This document shows, in pieces, positions 28,105 to 32,000 of a stretch of 32,000 bases of DNA. The notes beneath the pieces are model-generated. The model was given only the letters and a program-made list of their open reading frames with translations. It was not told where the DNA came from and searched no databases. This stretch comes from Candidatus Heimdallarchaeota archaeon B3_Heim (GTDB lineage: Archaea; Asgardarchaeota; Heimdallarchaeia; Hodarchaeales; Hodarchaeaceae): assembly GCA_003144275.1 (NCBI GenBank), contig NJBF01000006.1, positions 1 through 32,000 of the forward strand, given 5' to 3'. Every line of letters begins with the position of its first letter. Positions within the stretch are counted from its first letter, which is position 1. The translations under genes and the position numbers were made by a program.

Positions 28105-28434
28105 TTATTCTAATTTGCTTCCACAATTATCACAGAAGAGTGTAGTCCCTGTTACCAATGCTCCACAGGTAGAGCAATAATCCTCTCGAACTACTTTCGC
28201 TTCTGGTTCTACTCTATGTCGAGATAGGAAACGACCAGAGTTTATCATATTCTGTCTACCCATTTGATCCACATAAAATTCAGTATATCCGCAATCAACA
28301 CAACTATACGATTCTAATGTCGCAGTGGATAAACCTAGAAGGTCAACCTTGGAATGACCTCTATCTGCATGAACTCTATGGGGACCAGCTAATCTTGAAC
28401 TATTACATTTAGGGCAAGTTAGTGAAATTAACAT
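28105..28434 (-). CDS. Double zinc-ribbon protein
   Basis: CPKC...CVDCGYTEFY and CSTC...CDNC motifs. Confidence 0.8.
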   Translation of the reverse strand: MLISLTCPKCNSSRLAGPHRVHADRGHSKVDLLGLSTATLESYSCVDCGYTEFYVDQMGRQNMINSGRFLSRHRVEPEAKVVREDYCSTCGALVTGTTLFCDNCGSKLE

Positions 28435-28550
28435 ATTCCTTACTCACCACTTTCGTGGAATACTTTGAATAAAAGATTTAGCTTATCCGAAGAATTCTTT
28501 TTGTTTTGTGTTAATGAGTTATAGAAATTTTAAAGAGAAAAAGAAGGAAA

Positions 28551-29603
28551 TCAAAAGCCACCCATGGTCAACGCCATGATGGCCTTCTGGGCATGCAAAC
28601 GATTTTCAGCAACATCATAAATGCAGGATCGAGGACCAGAAGCGACGTCATCTGAAACTTCATGGCCCCTATCAATCGGCATGGGATGGGTAAAGATCGC
28701 ATTGTTGGTTAATGACATCTTCTTACTATCACAAATCCAATCAGGAAATTTCGATGCTTTTTCGATCTCTTGTTGTTTCAAGAGTTCCCCATTCTGATAT
28801 GCTTCTGAAGACATCCAATTACGGGAATACACAACATGGGCCCCTTCGTAACCTTTGGTTAGGTGATTGGTTGTCTCAAACTGAGCCTCATTCTCGTTAC
28901 AGTTTTCCTCTGTCCACTTAAGTACTTGAGGATCTAAATTGTATCCCTCTGGATTTGCTACGGTAACATCCATGCCATACCGAGAACCAATAAGCATTGC
29001 CTCTTGCACAGAACACCAAGAACGAGCCAACGCACCATGACCCCATGCAATAAGAAGTTTTTTATCGTTCAAAGTTTTCCAATCAGGTGGATACTGTGGC
29101 CCTTTATGGAACCATTCTGACCAGCCCATTACATCAGCAAGACCTTGACAGGGATGAAATGTATCGTGGGCCATAGAAATAACTGGAATTGATGACCACT
29201 TAGCATATTCACGAAGTAATCGTTCCCCTTGACCATACTCACTTACCTTATCTTCCAAAATACGAATACCTAATCCATGAGCATATCTACTCATGACTTG
29301 TGCTGCATCTTCAACCGTTTCTCCAGCAGTTTTTTCGGTTTTCAAGCGCATAGATTTCGGTTCTAAAAACTGCGCATGACCACCAAGTTCTGTTGCCGCA
29401 ACTTCAAAGCTCTGACGAGTTCTCACACTTGGGTTATAGAAAAACATGAAAAATGTCTTGTGTTCAAGTACGTTGGAATATGCATATCGTTCACGTTTCA
29501 TTCTTCCAGCAAGATCTAAAACTAGATCTAATTCGTGTTTTGTCCAATCTTGTGTACAAATCAAGTGTTTACCATACAAATCTGATTGTTCTATTTTTTT
29601 CAC
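28551..29603 (-). CDS. Ornithine carbamoyltransferase-superfamily enzyme (N-acylornithine/YgeW-like branch)
   Basis: FYNPSVRTR carbamoyl-phosphate motif, HPCQ and HPMP. Lacks the SMG motif of classical OTCase. Confidence 0.88.
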   Translation of the reverse strand: MKKIEQSDLYGKHLICTQDWTKHELDLVLDLAGRMKRERYAYSNVLEHKTFFMFFYNPSVRTRQSFEVAATELGGHAQFLEPKSMRLKTEKTAGETVEDAAQVMSRYAHGLGIRILEDKVSEYGQGERLLREYAKWSSIPVISMAHDTFHPCQGLADVMGWSEWFHKGPQYPPDWKTLNDKKLLIAWGHGALARSWCSVQEAMLIGSRYGMDVTVANPEGYNLDPQVLKWTEENCNENEAQFETTNHLTKGYEGAHVVYSRNWMSSEAYQNGELLKQQEIEKASKFPDWICDSKKMSLTNNAIFTHPMPIDRGHEVSDDVASGPRSCIYDVAENRLHAQKAIMALTMGGF

Positions 29604-29615
29604 CTTCTTAATTGC

Positions 29616-30602
29616 TTATGGAGTAATTGTTGTCCCTGCTTTACCCTCTAATGCATCAGCAACAAGTTCAGGGCTAGTTATAATAACTTTTTTTCCACCA
29701 TCTTTTATGAATCTTAATGCTGCTCTTAACTTAGGTCCCATGCTACCTTTCAGGCTTGTTCCGAATGCTCCCTCATCAAGATACTTCTGAACTTCAGCTC
29801 GAGTAATTGTGTTGATTCCCTCAGCATTGGGGGTATTATAATTGAGATAAACTTGATCAGTATCCGTTAAAATAGCAAATATTTCCGCATTGACATCAAC
29901 CGCTAATCTCTCTCCAGCCAGGTCTTTATCGATAACCGCTTCAACTCCCTGTACGGTACCATCTTCATTCTTGATTATCGGAATACCCCCGCCACCACCT
30001 GCTACAACAATAAAACCTGCTTCAAGTAATGTATTCACTTGATCTTTTTCATAAATTTCAGTAGGATCAGGTGAGGGAACAACTCGTCGATATCCACGAC
30101 CTGCATCTTCGATAATTGTGAACTCTGGGTGTTCTGTTCGGATTGACTCAGCTTGCTCCTTGGAGTAAAAAGGTCCAACTGGCTTTGTTGGATTTTGAAA
30201 GGCTGGATCATCCTTGGATACAACAACTTGTGTGACAAATGTTGTCACCTTAATTTTTTCTTGCGGATTCAACCTGCTTGGAGGGCCTTCCTTTAGCAAT
30301 AGATTACCTAGGATATTCTGTATTAAATACCCAATTTGTCCTTGTGTCATTGCTCCGCAGATATCCATTGGAAGTACAGGTCGGTTGAATGGAGGATGAC
30401 TACCTGCTTCCATCTGAAGCATGATATTTCCCACCTGTGGGCCATTCCCATGAGTAATTACGACTCGATTTTTTGGAACTACTTTCATTATCTGTTTCGC
30501 AGTTTCGGTAATATTCTCAATTTGTTCTTCTATTGTTCCTCTTTGTTTCCCCTTGATCATGGCATTCCCGCCAAGTGCGATTACTAGTAATGGTTTGAGC
30601 AT
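29616..30602 (-). CDS. arcC: Carbamate kinase
   Basis: VIALGGNA, THGNGPQVG, PTKPVGPFY, RRVVPSP, EAVIDKD and GSMGPK motifs. ATG 30602 is preceded by AGGT. Confidence 0.95.
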   Translation of the reverse strand: MLKPLLVIALGGNAMIKGKQRGTIEEQIENITETAKQIMKVVPKNRVVITHGNGPQVGNIMLQMEAGSHPPFNRPVLPMDICGAMTQGQIGYLIQNILGNLLLKEGPPSRLNPQEKIKVTTFVTQVVVSKDDPAFQNPTKPVGPFYSKEQAESIRTEHPEFTIIEDAGRGYRRVVPSPDPTEIYEKDQVNTLLEAGFIVVAGGGGGIPIIKNEDGTVQGVEAVIDKDLAGERLAVDVNAEIFAILTDTDQVYLNYNTPNAEGINTITRAEVQKYLDEGAFGTSLKGSMGPKLRAALRFIKDGGKKVIITSPELVADALEGKAGTTITP

Positions 30603-30763
30603 AGAATTACCTGCTTTTCTTGAAATAATAGTCGATTTGAGATAAATATGATTCATACAAAAATTTGTTTCACTAAGAATTGGTTTCTTTCTTGGGAAAA
30701 TATTACCACATTAATAATTTATTAAGAGTAAAACTTATTCTGTTTCTAAACGCGGTATTTCAA

Positions 30764-31984
30764 ATGTCTATTGATCTTTTCTCCAAAATTCAAAGTAGAT
30801 ATCCCTCTTCTTTAGACAGAAATATTAGTTTAATACTGTTAATCAATATGGTATTTACAATTCCATGGGGGTTAATTCAACCTTTTATCAGTCCGTACTT
30901 CTTTGAGCTTACTCAAGGTGATTATTATTTAACGGGATTACTCAACGGGATTCCATTAATGACGATGGTGGTGTCAGTTTTTGTATTTGGATGGATAGTA
31001 GATAAAATCGGTTCAAAAATAGTAATGATGGCAGGATTCATTATTTTCATTATCCTTTTCATAACCTTATTACTGATAAGTGATCCCCTCTTATTTTTTA
31101 TTGATTACATTATACTTTATAGTCTTTTGTCGTGTTTCAACCCTGCTGTACTGAAATATACAAGCTTATTACAGAGTAAAATTAATATATTCGGTGCACT
31201 AGCTGCTTCAACATCTTTTGGATATTTTCTTGGTTCTTATGTCGGGGGAAATTTATTTGATATATTTGGTATGGATCTCCTATATTTCCTTGGTCTACTT
31301 GTCTGTATATTCGGATTTATACTTGTTCTTTTCGTTACAGATTTACAAAATGAAGAAGCAATTACACTCCCATATTCTTCGAATCCTAATAATTCTAATT
31401 CCCAAAATATTTTATCTATTTTGTTTAACTCAAGAATTTTAGTGGTTCTATTAATAATAGGAGTGATCCAATCCCTACAAGGTTCTTTTGCAGGTATGTT
31501 TTTTTCAGTGTATTTTATTTCGGAACTTGGAGCCCCAGCATCATTATTGGGTTTGGTATTTGGTATTGCTACATTAGCTGGCACATTTGCCTCTCATTAT
31601 GCAGGTAAATTCGGTGAAAAACGTGGATATAAACCGATTCTGTTCATCTGTTATGTTGGATACTTACTAATCTGGACAACTATGTATTTTTCAGTAAATG
31701 ATTATGTATTACCAGCGCTTGCCTATACATTACCTATATACATTGGATTAATGGTTACAGGCCCAGTTATAATAACCAAGTATGTTCCAGAAAAAAGAAG
31801 AGGAACTTTCATGGGACTATTTAGTGGAAGTCAAAATTTAGGATTTGGTATTGGAACAATCCTTGGAGGAGTATATGCAGGTATACAACAAACCATCCGT
31901 TTCAATTTCGGAGTTTCCGCAATTTTGTCAGTGATATTAATTCTATTTCTATTAATTGCATTTAAAGAAGAAAAAAGAGGCTAG
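30764..31984 (+). CDS. MFS transporter
   Basis: About 12 TM helices, GWIVDKIG and GKFGEKRG loop motifs. ATG 30764 is preferred over TTG 30680. Confidence 0.9.
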   Translation: MSIDLFSKIQSRYPSSLDRNISLILLINMVFTIPWGLIQPFISPYFFELTQGDYYLTGLLNGIPLMTMVVSVFVFGWIVDKIGSKIVMMAGFIIFIILFITLLLISDPLLFFIDYIILYSLLSCFNPAVLKYTSLLQSKINIFGALAASTSFGYFLGSYVGGNLFDIFGMDLLYFLGLLVCIFGFILVLFVTDLQNEEAITLPYSSNPNNSNSQNILSILFNSRILVVLLIIGVIQSLQGSFAGMFFSVYFISELGAPASLLGLVFGIATLAGTFASHYAGKFGEKRGYKPILFICYVGYLLIWTTMYFSVNDYVLPALAYTLPIYIGLMVTGPVIITKYVPEKRRGTFMGLFSGSQNLGFGIGTILGGVYAGIQQTIRFNFGVSAILSVILILFLLIAFKEEKRG

Positions 31985-32000
31985 GCTAGTTTTAGCAGAT

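Noticed and set aside
4064-30587. Short ORF-track entries overlapping longer genes on the opposite strand or in another frame (e.g. 4064-4372, 4516-4728, 6915-7280, 14040-14303, 15600-15833, 23421-23693, 27229-27623, 29446-29790, 30035-30587)
   Set aside because: Shadow ORFs of well-supported genes or of coding repeats, with no motifs of their own.
1-32000. tRNA, rRNA, integrase or transposase genes
   Set aside because: No cloverleaf with a T-loop consensus, no rRNA-like GC-rich tract, and no recombinase or transposase motifs found by eye.

Overview
AT-rich prokaryotic DNA, most consistent with an Asgard archaeon (Heimdallarchaeia-like). This assignment is an inference from gene content, a PGF/Heimdall-CTERM-like sorting tail, an archaeal-type RNase HI and cassette-like LRRs. 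Three zones are visible. (1) 1-~980 is compositionally foreign and strongly CpG-depleted. It carries two phase-compatible GT-AG exons of a eukaryotic xanthine dehydrogenase/aldehyde oxidase-like gene and abuts an htpX that lacks its usual C-terminus, so it is most likely a chimeric join. (2) ~2.3-14.8 kb is a decaying accessory/defence island. It holds a broken DUF4435/TOPRIM-like gene, a truncated type IIG restriction-modification gene, an Nmad3 gene split at an A_AAA_AAG heptamer and several remnants. Its most interesting content is an apparently intact two-gene module: an EACC1-like small protein plus an 897-aa caspase (C14)-STAND NTPase-LRR protein, i.e. an NLR/inflammasome-like architecture with a cassette-like LRR array. 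(3) 14.8-32 kb is intact metabolic/core DNA: amidohydrolase, dihydropyrimidinase, RNase HI, M29 aminopeptidase, a degenerate M48-like membrane protein, IlvE, a Venus-flytrap substrate-binding protein, a transglutaminase-like protein, a GIY-YIG nuclease, a Pro-rich protein, a Zn-ribbon protein, a carbamoyltransferase, carbamate kinase and an MFS transporter. All family calls are by-eye motif recognition; no database searches were run.
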